A stretch of DNA of 64,000 bases, from contig JANRKD010000001.1 in assembly GCA_033763655.1 (NCBI GenBank), forward strand, positions 23 to 64,022, read 5' to 3'. Positions 17,957 through 27,081 of this stretch are shown here, piece by piece (the stretch's first letter is position 1; the number at the start of each line of letters is the position of its first letter). A model generated the notes under the pieces. The model made no database searches and was not told the DNA's origin. It saw nothing but the letters and a program-made list of their open reading frames with translations. The position numbers and the translations under genes were made by a program. This stretch comes from Alphaproteobacteria bacterium. GTDB taxonomy: Bacteria > Pseudomonadota > Alphaproteobacteria > Rickettsiales > UBA3002.

Positions 17957-18336
17957 TGCGCCACCGCCGCTACGATCATCTGATCTTGAGCGACTCGCCC
18001 AACACGGCGAGCCTCTTGGCGTTGATCGGCGATGAAAAGCTGGCGCAACTCTCGCTCGACTTTGGCGGAGCGGTCATTTCAATCCCGCTTAAAGTAGGAG
18101 AGAATAGTCCTATCGCCTACAGTATTGGCCTGCCAGCGGCGCAGATGCTGTCAGATATCTGGGGCGGCATGCAATTCACGGTGCCTTTGGGCGTGGGCAA
18201 AACCGAACGTATCCTGCGACTGATCAGTGAAGGAAGGCCCATTAACAAGATTACCCGAATCGTCGGCGTGTCACGTTCGACCATCTATCGCATTATCGCC
18301 GCCGAAGAAGAAAAAAACCAGCTCGACCTGTTCTAA
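17956..18336 (+). CDS. mor: Mor/C-family transcriptional activator
   Basis: LLALIGDEKLAQLSLDFGG..ISIP and a C-terminal HTH ITRIVGVSRSTIYRII. Positioned just before the lysis genes. Confidence 0.75.
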   Translation: MRHRRYDHLILSDSPNTASLLALIGDEKLAQLSLDFGGAVISIPLKVGENSPIAYSIGLPAAQMLSDIWGGMQFTVPLGVGKTERILRLISEGRPINKITRIVGVSRSTIYRIIAAEEEKNQLDLF

Positions 18337-18357
18337 TGTAACAGGCGGTACAATGCC
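18337..18357 (+). promoter_or_regulatory. Dyad motif TGTAAC-N6-TACAATGCC (candidate late promoter, lysis operon)
   Basis: The same 21-nt pattern occurs at 25493-25513. Both end exactly 32 nt before the next start codon. Confidence 0.45.
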
Positions 18358-18389
18358 AGAACCTCGCGCCTGCGCGTAACCTCGCGTTT

Positions 18390-18965
18390 ATGCTGCGCTT
18401 ATTACAGAATTACATGAATCGTTTTTTCCCGTTGGTGCGTGCGGATGACGGCAGAGTTTTTATGAAAACTGCTGCCGTCGGCGGGGCGCTCGGCATGGTG
18501 TTACTGCTCGTCCCGCAGCTTGAAGGCTTGCGTCTTGGCGCCTATCTCGACTCGGCAGGCATCCCAACCATCTGCTATGGCCACACTGCCAGCGTCCGCA
18601 TGGGGCAGACCCGCAGCGAGGCCGAGTGCGCCGAACTGCTGAAAGGCGATCTGGGGGTTGCACTCGCCGCAGTGCGCCGGAACGTGCATCAACCCATCCC
18701 GGAGTCGATGGAAGCCGCGCTGGCAAGCTTCACCTACAACGTCGGCGTGACGGCATTCGAGCATTCTACGCTGCTCCGTTTGGTCAATCAGGGCCAGTTC
18801 AGGGATGCATGCGCGCAGATGAAGCGCTGGAACTGTGAGAAAGCTCCGGCCGGCCTGGGCGACAAGACGGGCAATTGCAAGACCGCAAAGCGTAACAAGC
18901 GCTTCAACAAAGGGTTGGCGAAACGGCGCGATATGGAGGTTGCCGTATGCTTGCGCGATATTTGA
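18390..18965 (+). CDS. Endolysin, T4-lysozyme (GH24) type with N-terminal signal-anchor
   Basis: LEGLRLGAYLDSAGIPTICYGHT (E..D..T catalytic pattern), preceded by the hydrophobic segment AAVGGALGMVLLLV. Confidence 0.85.
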   Translation: MLRLLQNYMNRFFPLVRADDGRVFMKTAAVGGALGMVLLLVPQLEGLRLGAYLDSAGIPTICYGHTASVRMGQTRSEAECAELLKGDLGVALAAVRRNVHQPIPESMEAALASFTYNVGVTAFEHSTLLRLVNQGQFRDACAQMKRWNCEKAPAGLGDKTGNCKTAKRNKRFNKGLAKRRDMEVAVCLRDI

Positions 18966-19459
18966 TCACAGCTGCTACCGCCTTCCTGCTCGGCTTTGGC
19001 ATCGCCGTCTATTGGCAATCGACGCTGCGTGAACTCGACACGGCAAAGCGCGACGCCGGCGATGCAAAGGCTACCGTGCAGGCGCATGAGAAGAATGTCC
19101 GGCTCGGCAGCACCATCAATTCCATCGAAGCAACCAGCATGAAGGAGATACACAATGCAACGAACGAAGCAGATCGTATTCGCCACGATCTCACTGCTGG
19201 CGCTATCCGCCTGCAGCTCAACGCGACCTGTCCCGAGCTGCCCGCAGTTGCCACCGGTGCCCGCCTACCTAATGGATCCGGAGCCCGATTTGCTACCGCA
19301 CCTCGACAACATCGTGAAACCCAATCGCTCGCCCACCTGAGACGCGTCGCTGAGCCGGATTATCTCGCATTGCGTCAGGGCATCCAGCGCTGCCACAGTA
19401 AAGTCACCGCCTTACAAGCTATACTGAAAGAGGAGCGCGATGTTGGAAATTCTAAGTGA
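18947..19459 (+). CDS. Rz-like inner-membrane spanin
   Basis: N-terminal TM (LITAATAFLLGFGIAVYW) followed by coiled-coil. Overlaps the endolysin stop. Confidence 0.7.
   Translation: MLARYLITAATAFLLGFGIAVYWQSTLRELDTAKRDAGDAKATVQAHEKNVRLGSTINSIEATSMKEIHNATNEADRIRHDLTAGAIRLQLNATCPELPAVATGARLPNGSGARFATAPRQHRETQSLAHLRRVAEPDYLALRQGIQRCHSKVTALQAILKEERDVGNSK
19155..19340 (+). CDS. Rz1-like outer-membrane lipoprotein spanin, nested in Rz
   Basis: Lipobox LSAC and a Pro-rich mature part. Entirely embedded in the +1 frame of the Rz-like gene. Confidence 0.7.
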   Translation: MQRTKQIVFATISLLALSACSSTRPVPSCPQLPPVPAYLMDPEPDLLPHLDNIVKPNRSPT

Positions 19460-19769
19460 TTACGGGGGGATCATCCAATGGGTGCTCACGATCTTCTGTG
19501 GCTGGGTATGGTGGAGCCTGCAGCGGCGCTTCACGACCAAAGAAGACCACAACCTGCTGAAGGACGACCACAGCGCGCTGGAGAAGCGCGTTACGTCGGT
19601 TGAGACCGCGATCAAGAACCTGCCGACGATCAGCAACCACAACGAGCTGCTGGTGAAGGTGATTGAGATCGGCGGCAACGTGAAGAACACCGAGGAGAAA
19701 GTTATGCGCACCCAGCGCCAGACCGACCGCATCGAGGATTTCCTGTTTAAGGGGGTATTTAATCAATGA
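19440..19769 (+). CDS. Mu gp25-position membrane protein (DUF2730-like)
   Basis: N-terminal TM (IIQWVLTIFCGWVWW) plus coiled-coil. Sits between the spanins and the packaging genes. Confidence 0.6.
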   Translation: MLEILSDYGGIIQWVLTIFCGWVWWSLQRRFTTKEDHNLLKDDHSALEKRVTSVETAIKNLPTISNHNELLVKVIEIGGNVKNTEEKVMRTQRQTDRIEDFLFKGVFNQ

Positions 19770-20074
19770 CCAACGTGCCTGACTTCAAAGAGCATCTGGC
19801 GAAAGACCGTCGGCTCTGCATCTTGCGGGTGCTGACCGAAACCGGCGGCACAGCCAACGACTCAGTGCTGCACACCGCGCTGGAAGCGTTCGGTTTCCGC
19901 CGCCACCCGCGCACGACCGTCCACGAAGACATCCGCTTCCTGAAAAGCATCGGCCTGGTGGTCGAGGAGTGGGTGCGCAGCGTGCAGATCGTCACCATCA
20001 CCACGCGCGGCGTCGATGTCGCTGAAGGCCGCGAAATCGTCGAGGGCGTCAAGAAACTTTCCATTGGGGTGTAG
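19766..20074 (+). CDS. Mu gp26-like protein
   Basis: 102 aa, winged-helix-like (RRLCILRVLTE). Precedes the small terminase-like gene. Confidence 0.5.
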   Translation: MTNVPDFKEHLAKDRRLCILRVLTETGGTANDSVLHTALEAFGFRRHPRTTVHEDIRFLKSIGLVVEEWVRSVQIVTITTRGVDVAEGREIVEGVKKLSIGV

Positions 20075-20075
20075 C

Positions 20076-20639
20076 ATGAGCAAAAACCGCCCCAGCTCCA
20101 TCGACCGTCTGCCGGACGAAGTGCGTGAGGAGATCGCGCGCCTGCGCAACAGTGGACGCACCATCAACGAGATCATGGCCGTATTGCGTAGCCTCGACGG
20201 CATCGAGCAGGTGCCTTCTCGCTCGGCGCTCGGCCGGCACCTGAAGCATCAGGAAAAGGTGATGGAGCGCATCCGCGAAAGCCGCCAGTTGGCTGAGGCG
20301 CTCTCAAAGAACTTCGGGGACAAGCAGACCAGCGACGTGACGCGCATGAACCTGGAACTGCTCCAGGACATCATCCTGCGCGCGACGATGGCCGGCGACG
20401 ACGAAGGCAATGCGGCAGCGTTCGAGCCAAAGGACATTATGTTCCTGGCCACCGCGCTGGAGAAGGCAGCGAAAGCAGGCAAGACGGACTTCGACCAGCA
20501 ACTGTCCGCCGCGCGCGAGATCGAGCGTCGGGCCGCGACCGAGAAGGCTGCGGACTCCGCTGTCGCCGCCGCGAAAAAGCAAGGTCTGTCGGCCGACACC
20601 ATCAAAGCGATCAAGCAAAGCATCCTGGGGGTTAAGTGA
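20076..20639 (+). CDS. Mu gp27-like (DUF3486) small terminase-like protein
   Basis: SSIDRLPDEVREEIARLRNSGRTINEI N-terminal block. Upstream of the large terminase gene. Confidence 0.7.
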   Translation: MSKNRPSSIDRLPDEVREEIARLRNSGRTINEIMAVLRSLDGIEQVPSRSALGRHLKHQEKVMERIRESRQLAEALSKNFGDKQTSDVTRMNLELLQDIILRATMAGDDEGNAAAFEPKDIMFLATALEKAAKAGKTDFDQQLSAAREIERRAATEKAADSAVAAAKKQGLSADTIKAIKQSILGVK

Positions 20640-20824
20640 TGGCCGAAACAGATGACAGCGAACTGGACGACGCCGAGATGTGGATTCGTAGCGAAAGCCT
20701 GCGCGCGGCCGTGCGCGCCAAGTCACATCTGCCAACCGAAAAGATTATCGAAACCGCAATGGTGTTTGAATGGTATCTGCGCGGCGAGATCCCGCCCGAG
20801 GGCATGAGCAAGGAGTTCCATTAA
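20636..20824 (+). CDS. Hypothetical phage protein
   Basis: 62-aa acidic ORF with ATGA coupling. Confidence 0.45.
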   Translation: MMAETDDSELDDAEMWIRSESLRAAVRAKSHLPTEKIIETAMVFEWYLRGEIPPEGMSKEFH

Positions 20825-20826
20825 TC

Positions 20827-22377
20827 ATGCTGCCTGACATCCTCCTTGGTTACCAGAAGAAAGCCATCAGCCTTATGGCGACCACGGCGGTCGGCTTCGT
20901 GGAGAAGTCGCGCCGTGTTGGTCTGACCTGGGCAATTGCAGCCGACGCCGTTCTCAACGCCTCGGCCAACAAATCGGCCGGCGGCATGGACGTGTTCTAT
21001 ATCGGCTTCAATCTCGACATGACGAAGGAGTTCATCGACACCTGCGCCAACTGGGCCAAGCAGTTCAGCTATGCCGCGACCGAGGTAGAGGAATTCGTGT
21101 TCCGCGATGGCAACGGAAAAGACACGAAAGAGATACAGGCATTCCGCATCAACTTCGATTCCGGTTTCGAAATCGTCGCCCTCACCAGCCGTCCACGTTC
21201 GCTGCGCGGTCGCCAGGGCTATGTGATTATCGATGAGGCCGCGTTCCATGACGACTTGAAGGAGTTGATGAAGGCGGCGCTGGCGCTGCTGATGTGGGGC
21301 GGTAAGGTGCTGGTGATCTCAACCCATGACGGTCAGGACAACGCCTTTAACCAATACATTCAGGACATCCGCGCCGGGCGGCTGAAGTATGGGCTGCTGC
21401 GCATCGATTTCGATGACGCGCTACGCGATGGCCTTTACCAGCGCATCTGCCTCACACTCGGCCGGGAATGGTCACCAGCGGCGGAAACTGCTTGGCGGCA
21501 GGAGATCATCGAGTTCTATGGCGATGGCGCCGACGAGGAACTGTTCTGCCAGCCGCGCCAGGGCGGCGGCAAGTTTCTGCCCGGCACGCTGATCGAGTCG
21601 CGCATGATCGATGCGCCGGTGCTGCGCTACGCCTGCACCAACGAGTTCGTATTCGAAAGCGAAATCACCCGCCAACGCACCGTTGAGGAATGGTGCGAGG
21701 AGAACTTACAGCTGCTGTTAAAGGCGCTCGATCCACGTCTGCAGCACTTCTTCGGTGAAGACTTCGGCCGCAATGGTGACTTGACCTCGCTATTTCCCAT
21801 GCAGATGACCCAAAGCCTGATGCGCCGCGTCCCGTTCGTGGTGGAGCTGCGCAACGTGCCCTTCGCCCAGCAGCGGCAGATTGTATGGTATATCCTCGAC
21901 CGCCTGCCGCGCTTTGCCGGCGGTGCGTTCGATGCGCGTGGCAACGGCTCGCAGCTGGCCGAGGAAACCATGCAGCGCTATGGCAGCGGGCGCATTCATC
22001 AGGTGATGATTTCACAAGCCTGGTATCTCGAAGCGTTGCCGAAATACAAGGCGGCCTTCGAGGACGGCACGGTGCTGCTGCCGCGCGATGCCGACATTCT
22101 TGCCGATCACCGGGCGGCCGAGCTGGTGAAGGGTATCCCTCAAATCCCTGAGAAACGCAGCAAGGGCAAGGATGGCAGTCAGCGGCACGGCGACTCGCTG
22201 ATCGCGGGCGCGATGGCATTCTGGGCGAGTCTTCAAGACCCGGTTCAATATGGGTATCAGCCCATCAAACGTGAGCAGCAGGCGCAGCCTGGCAAGCTTT
22301 CGATGCGGGCACAGGACGACGATTACACATACAACGCCGCCGGCCGCAATGGCATGGCGCGCGGGCAGAGCTGGTGA
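20827..22377 (+). CDS. Terminase large subunit (Mu gp28-like)
   Basis: About 516 aa. ATPase-like GYVIIDEAAF block and a C-terminal nuclease half. Mu order. Confidence 0.85.
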   Translation: MLPDILLGYQKKAISLMATTAVGFVEKSRRVGLTWAIAADAVLNASANKSAGGMDVFYIGFNLDMTKEFIDTCANWAKQFSYAATEVEEFVFRDGNGKDTKEIQAFRINFDSGFEIVALTSRPRSLRGRQGYVIIDEAAFHDDLKELMKAALALLMWGGKVLVISTHDGQDNAFNQYIQDIRAGRLKYGLLRIDFDDALRDGLYQRICLTLGREWSPAAETAWRQEIIEFYGDGADEELFCQPRQGGGKFLPGTLIESRMIDAPVLRYACTNEFVFESEITRQRTVEEWCEENLQLLLKALDPRLQHFFGEDFGRNGDLTSLFPMQMTQSLMRRVPFVVELRNVPFAQQRQIVWYILDRLPRFAGGAFDARGNGSQLAEETMQRYGSGRIHQVMISQAWYLEALPKYKAAFEDGTVLLPRDADILADHRAAELVKGIPQIPEKRSKGKDGSQRHGDSLIAGAMAFWASLQDPVQYGYQPIKREQQAQPGKLSMRAQDDDYTYNAAGRNGMARGQSW

Positions 22378-23939
22378 AGGAGCGGAAAGTGGCAACATTA
22401 CTCGATCAATATGGACGGCCGATTCAGCGCGAAGCGTTGCTGCAGGAGCAGGCTGCGCCGCGCCTGACATCGGTGCGCAACGTACAGCACCAGTATTCAA
22501 GCGCGGGGCTGATCCCCCAGCAGCTCGCCTCCTACATGCGCCAGGCCGACGAAGGCGATGCGCAGGCCTATCTGGAACTGGCCGAGCAGATCGAAGAAAA
22601 GGACGGCCATTATGTCGGCGTCCTTGGCCAGCGCAAGCGCGCCGTGACCGGACTGGCGATTACCGTTGAGGCGGCCTCTGAAGAAGAGCGCGACCAGAAC
22701 ATCGCACAGCTGGTGCGCGACTGGGTTGAACGCGATGAGTTGCGCACCGACCTGTTCGACATCATGGACGCTGTGGGCAAGGGGTTCTCCGTCAGCGAGA
22801 TCATCTGGAACAACAGCAATCCTGCCGTCTGGACTATCGACCGCATCGAATGGCGCGACCCTCGCTGGTTCGGGTTCGACCGTGCCGACGGCCGCACCGT
22901 GATGCTAAAGGCCGATGGCGGGCAACTCATGCCACTGACACCCTACAAATACATTGTTCATCAGGTGAAGGCAAAATCTGGCATTCCAATCAGAGGTGGC
23001 GTTGTCCGGCCATGCGCATGGTATTGGCTCTATAAGAACTTCTCGCTGCGCGACTGGGTCATCTTTGCCGAGACCTACGGCCAGCCGCTACGCATCGGCA
23101 AATATGGCGCGGGTAGCACCGAGGAAGATCGTCGGGTTCTGTTGCGCGCCGTTGCCAATCTTGGCAGCGATGCCGGTGCGATTATCCCGGATTCGATGAT
23201 GATCGAGTTCGTGAAGGATGCAAACCCCACAGGTTCCGTGGATCTTTTTGAGCGCCTGAGTAAGTATTGCGATGAGCAGATGAGTAAGGCCGTGCTGGGC
23301 CAGACGACAACGGCCGACTCACTCTCTGGCGGTGGCCTGGCCGGCAACCAGTCGCATAACGACGTGCGCGGCGACATTGCCGACGACGATGCAGCCTCTC
23401 TCTCCGCGACGCTGAATCGTCAACTGGTCAAGCCATTGGTCGATATTAATTTCGGCCCGCAGAAGAAATACCCGCGCATTCGCATCCGCCGGCCGGAGTC
23501 GGTTGATGCGACCGCCCTTGGCGCATCGATCACGACCATCGTTAACCTTGGCGGAAAAGTCAGCGCCAAGCGCGCGGCTGACATGCTCGGCGTGCCACTG
23601 GCCGAGAAGGACGAGGAAACGCTGACGCCACAGGCACCGGCCGCCGGGCCTGTCATGATGTCACACCAAGTGAAAACAACCGCTGCAGCAGGCGTGCCTG
23701 CAGGCGACGCCATTTATCATCTGGCCGGGCAGATGGCGGAAGGATGGCAGGAGATTTTAACCCCGCTTCAACAGGCCGTTGAAACCGCCATGAAGGAATC
23801 GTCGAGCTTTGACGAACTGAGCGACAAGCTACTGGCCATTGCCAGCCAGGCGGGCAGCGAAGAGCTGGCATCGCTCCTGGCGAAGGCGATGTTCACGGCG
23901 CGCGTCGCCGGCAACGTCGGAGCCAACCTGGAGCGGTAA
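22374..23939 (+). CDS. Portal protein (Mu gp29 / DUF935-like)
   Basis: About 520 aa directly after the terminase gene. An alternative GTG start at 22389 lies behind AAGGAG. Confidence 0.8.
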   Translation: MKERKVATLLDQYGRPIQREALLQEQAAPRLTSVRNVQHQYSSAGLIPQQLASYMRQADEGDAQAYLELAEQIEEKDGHYVGVLGQRKRAVTGLAITVEAASEEERDQNIAQLVRDWVERDELRTDLFDIMDAVGKGFSVSEIIWNNSNPAVWTIDRIEWRDPRWFGFDRADGRTVMLKADGGQLMPLTPYKYIVHQVKAKSGIPIRGGVVRPCAWYWLYKNFSLRDWVIFAETYGQPLRIGKYGAGSTEEDRRVLLRAVANLGSDAGAIIPDSMMIEFVKDANPTGSVDLFERLSKYCDEQMSKAVLGQTTTADSLSGGGLAGNQSHNDVRGDIADDDAASLSATLNRQLVKPLVDINFGPQKKYPRIRIRRPESVDATALGASITTIVNLGGKVSAKRAADMLGVPLAEKDEETLTPQAPAAGPVMMSHQVKTTAAAGVPAGDAIYHLAGQMAEGWQEILTPLQQAVETAMKESSSFDELSDKLLAIASQAGSEELASLLAKAMFTARVAGNVGANLER

Positions 23940-25199
23940 ATGGTCGATCTACGCGCATTGCCGCCCGAGGAGGCGCTCGATTTCTTTCGCAAGAAGGGCT
24001 TCAAGACGACCTTCGATCACCGGGAGATGATGGGCGAAGCGCACGCCTATTCATTTACGGTGGCCAAAGCCATGCGACGGGATGTGCTGCAGGATATTCG
24101 CGCGGCAATGGATGATGCCATTGCCAAAGGGCAGACGCTCGATGCATTCAGGAAGAACCTGAAACCGACGCTGCAGGAAAAAGGATGGTGGGGAACCAAG
24201 ACGATGGTCGATCCCCAGACCGGGAAGGAGAAGGAAGTTCAACTCGGCAGTTCGCGCCGGCTGCGGACAATTTTTGAAACGAACATGCGAGCTTCCTATG
24301 CTGCCGGTCGCTGGGATGCCGTGCAACGTACCAAGAAGACATTTCCCTATTTGCGTTATGTCACTGTCGGTGACGGGCATGTGCGGGCGGAGCATAAGAA
24401 CTGGCACAATGTCGTAAAACCGGTTGATGATCCGTTCTGGGAAAAGCATTACCCGCCGAATGACTGGGGTTGCCGTTGCTGGGCGCAGCAGGTCTCGGAG
24501 GAAGATATTAAGAAGCTCGGCCTGTCGATTACCGATTACGATCCGGTTGGCTTGCCACGCACCTATTTTAACACCCGCACCGGCGAGACGAAGTCGGTGC
24601 CGCAGGGCATCGCACCCGGCTTCGACTACAATGTCGGCCGGGCACGGATGCGGGCCATGACACCGCCGCCACTCGATGAGCCGCTGGGCGTGCCTTATCA
24701 AGGCCCAGCCGCCAAAGTGCCGATGCCACCCCCGCGCACCCTGCGGGATGACATTGAGCTGCCGGACGGCTTAAGCGATGCGGAGTATGCGAGCCGTTTT
24801 CTGGAGGAGTTCGACGCGGGTATCGGATCGCCCAAGTTGTTTCAAGACGTCACTGGCGAGCAGTTGGTGATCTCCGATGATCTGTTCAAGGACAGTCAGG
24901 GCGGCTGGAAGGTGCAGAAAAACAACCGCCACAAATACCTGCTGTTGCTGGCTCAAGCGCTGAAGCAGCCCGACGAGGTCTGGGAATACTGGGAGGAACT
25001 GAAGGATGGCAGCAAGCGCTTGCGCCGGCGCTACCTCACCCGCGTCCGTCTGGGCGATCAGGCGAAAGACGCGCTGATCGCGTTCGAAACCGGCAAGGAC
25101 GGATGGCATGGCGTGACCACCTTTCAATCGCAGGACAAGAGCTACCTGGAGAAACAGCGCAGGGGGGCGATGGTCTATCGCAAGCCGGACAAAAAATAA
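23940..25199 (+). CDS. Mu F-like head morphogenesis protein (gp30)
   Basis: FPYLRYVTVGDGHVRAEH..W block typical of the MuF/SPP1 gp7 family. Follows the portal gene. Confidence 0.8.
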   Translation: MVDLRALPPEEALDFFRKKGFKTTFDHREMMGEAHAYSFTVAKAMRRDVLQDIRAAMDDAIAKGQTLDAFRKNLKPTLQEKGWWGTKTMVDPQTGKEKEVQLGSSRRLRTIFETNMRASYAAGRWDAVQRTKKTFPYLRYVTVGDGHVRAEHKNWHNVVKPVDDPFWEKHYPPNDWGCRCWAQQVSEEDIKKLGLSITDYDPVGLPRTYFNTRTGETKSVPQGIAPGFDYNVGRARMRAMTPPPLDEPLGVPYQGPAAKVPMPPPRTLRDDIELPDGLSDAEYASRFLEEFDAGIGSPKLFQDVTGEQLVISDDLFKDSQGGWKVQKNNRHKYLLLLAQALKQPDEVWEYWEELKDGSKRLRRRYLTRVRLGDQAKDALIAFETGKDGWHGVTTFQSQDKSYLEKQRRGAMVYRKPDKK

Positions 25200-25201
25200 A
25201 A

Positions 25202-25231
25202 GGCCGCTTCGGTGCTACCCACCAAGCGGCC
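25202..25231 (+). terminator. Strong stem-loop right after the MuF-like gene
   Basis: GGCCGCTT-C-GGTG ctacc CACC-AAGCGGCC, a 12-bp stem. No U-tract follows, so terminator function is uncertain. Confidence 0.4.
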
Positions 25232-25492
25232 GGAGTTGCTCTGGGGCGTCGGAATAGCGGCATCGAGCAACTGAGGAGATACTACGCCAACCAGGGGGAT
25301 AAATCAAGAGCCGGTTTTTTTCCATTCTAAGGGGGTTAGGGGGTTGCGGGCTATCACCCGCCCATTCCGAACCGAGAAGGGCAAAATTGAACGCGCTATA
25401 GAGGAATTAAACGCGGGTATCCACCCAAGGCACCCGGAGGATTCGGGCATGGGTCGCGCGCACGATGGGGTGGGCGAATGGAGATGCGACAT

Positions 25493-25513
25493 TGTAACGC
25501 CTGATACAATGCC
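25493..25513 (+). promoter_or_regulatory. Dyad motif TGTAAC-N6-TACAATGCC (candidate late promoter, head operon)
   Basis: Second copy of the 18337-18357 motif. Ends 32 nt before the ATG at 25546. By position it is the analogue of Mu P_I. Confidence 0.45.
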
Positions 25514-25545
25514 CCGGGGCGCCGTTGCTTGTTACGGTGCCTGGC

Positions 25546-26628
25546 ATGACGACGAAATCAACATGTTCCGCAATGCTGCTCCCGGTCAACGCTGAGGAGT
25601 GGATCCAGATTTTCCCCGCCGGCACAACCGTCGGCAGAGATGGGCGTGGCCCGTATCTGCTTGCCGACCCGGAAGCGGTGATCACTGCCTCTAGGTCGAC
25701 TGTGGATTTGTTTATCGACCGCGATCACGCCGCCGATCTGGCCGCCAAGGGCACCGAAGTAAAAGCCGCCGGCTGGATCAAGGAGCTGAAAGTGGAGGCT
25801 GGGGCAATCTTCGCCCGCATCGAATGGACGCCGCCCGCCCAGGAGCAGCTCAAAAACCGGGAATACCGTTACATCTCGCCGACCTTTCTTCATGAGCCGG
25901 GCGGCCGCGTCACGCGCATTCTGCGCGCTTCCCTCACCAACGATCCGAACTTCGAGATGAAAGCTGTCGCGGCGGCGGATCGTGAATTTTCACCACCAAC
26001 AAAGGACTCTACCATGGAAAAACTCGCTCAAGACCTTGCGGCCCTGCTCGGGCTGGAGGGTGACAATATCAGCCCTGACGCCATCATCGACGCGGCGAAG
26101 AGCCTCCAGACGATCATCGCCGCTATTAAAGCTGACTTTGAAGTGCCGGCTGAAGCCGTCACCGCCGAAGCGATCATCGAGGCCATTAAGGCTAAAACCG
26201 ATGCTGCGGTAAAAACTGAAGTCGCAAGTCAGGTAAAAAAAGCCACCGCTGCAATCAGCAAAGGGGAACCCGACCCAACCAAGTATGTTTCCGTCAGCAT
26301 CATGCAGGAGCTGCAGACCAAAGTGGCGAATCTTGAAAACGAGCACGCTGCCGAGAAGGCGACCGCCTCGGTTGATGCCGCGCTTAAGGCAGGCAAGCTG
26401 ATGCCGGTTCAAAAAGACTGGGCGCTGTCGCTCGCATCGAAGGATCCAAAAGCCTTCGCCGACTACGTCGAGAAAACCCCGTCACTTATTCGAGACAGCG
26501 GACTGGCCAGCTACTCAGCTGAAACTGCTGCCGCACAAGCCGGCCTCAGCCCGCTCGAATCGACCATCGCGCACCAGCTCGGCGTGAAGCCGGATGCCCT
26601 GAAGGCCGAACTGAAGAAAACCGCATAA
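25546..26628 (+). CDS. Mu I-like head protease / scaffold
   Basis: WIQIFPAGTTVGRDGRGPY..DRDHA block typical of Mu gpI. Ala/Lys-rich helical C-terminal half (scaffold-like). Confidence 0.8.
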   Translation: MTTKSTCSAMLLPVNAEEWIQIFPAGTTVGRDGRGPYLLADPEAVITASRSTVDLFIDRDHAADLAAKGTEVKAAGWIKELKVEAGAIFARIEWTPPAQEQLKNREYRYISPTFLHEPGGRVTRILRASLTNDPNFEMKAVAAADREFSPPTKDSTMEKLAQDLAALLGLEGDNISPDAIIDAAKSLQTIIAAIKADFEVPAEAVTAEAIIEAIKAKTDAAVKTEVASQVKKATAAISKGEPDPTKYVSVSIMQELQTKVANLENEHAAEKATASVDAALKAGKLMPVQKDWALSLASKDPKAFADYVEKTPSLIRDSGLASYSAETAAAQAGLSPLESTIAHQLGVKPDALKAELKKTA

Positions 26629-26655
26629 CACACAACCGAGAAAGGAAACCAGACA

Positions 26656-27063
26656 ATGACTGCACTTGCCGCAGAACGTTCCACGGTGAAGAAGGAGGGC
26701 GAATTTCGCGTCTTCCAGCTCGCCGCCGACACCAAAATCTATCAGGGGGCGCTCGTCGCCATCGACGCAAACGGTCGAGCCGTGCCCGGCTCTACCGCGA
26801 CCACGCTGAAGGGCGTCGGCCGCGCCGAAGAAACTATCGATAACATCGGGGGCGCCGCCGGCGACAAATCGATTTCGGTGCGTCGCGGCATCTTCCAGTA
26901 CGTCAATTCCGCAGGCGGCGACTTAATTGCCGCCAAAGACATCGGTGCCAGCTGCTACATGGTGGACGACCAGACCGTTGCCCTCACCAGCGCAGCCGGC
27001 ACCCGCAGCGTTGCGGGCATTATTCACGATGTGGACGCCAACGGCGTCTGGGTCAAATTCTAG
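26656..27063 (+). CDS. Head accessory protein (DUF2190-like, tentative)
   Basis: 135-aa beta-rich ORF between the protease and major head genes. Confidence 0.45.
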   Translation: MTALAAERSTVKKEGEFRVFQLAADTKIYQGALVAIDANGRAVPGSTATTLKGVGRAEETIDNIGGAAGDKSISVRRGIFQYVNSAGGDLIAAKDIGASCYMVDDQTVALTSAAGTRSVAGIIHDVDANGVWVKF

Positions 27064-27081
27064 GAAAGGAATACCAGAACC

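Noticed and set aside
25344-25595. The 83-aa ORF in the MuF-protease gap as a confident gene.
   Set aside because: It has a TTG start, no Shine-Dalgarno sequence and weaker third-position GC bias than neighbouring phage genes. It overlaps the protease start and the dyad motif. It is left as an open question in the findings.
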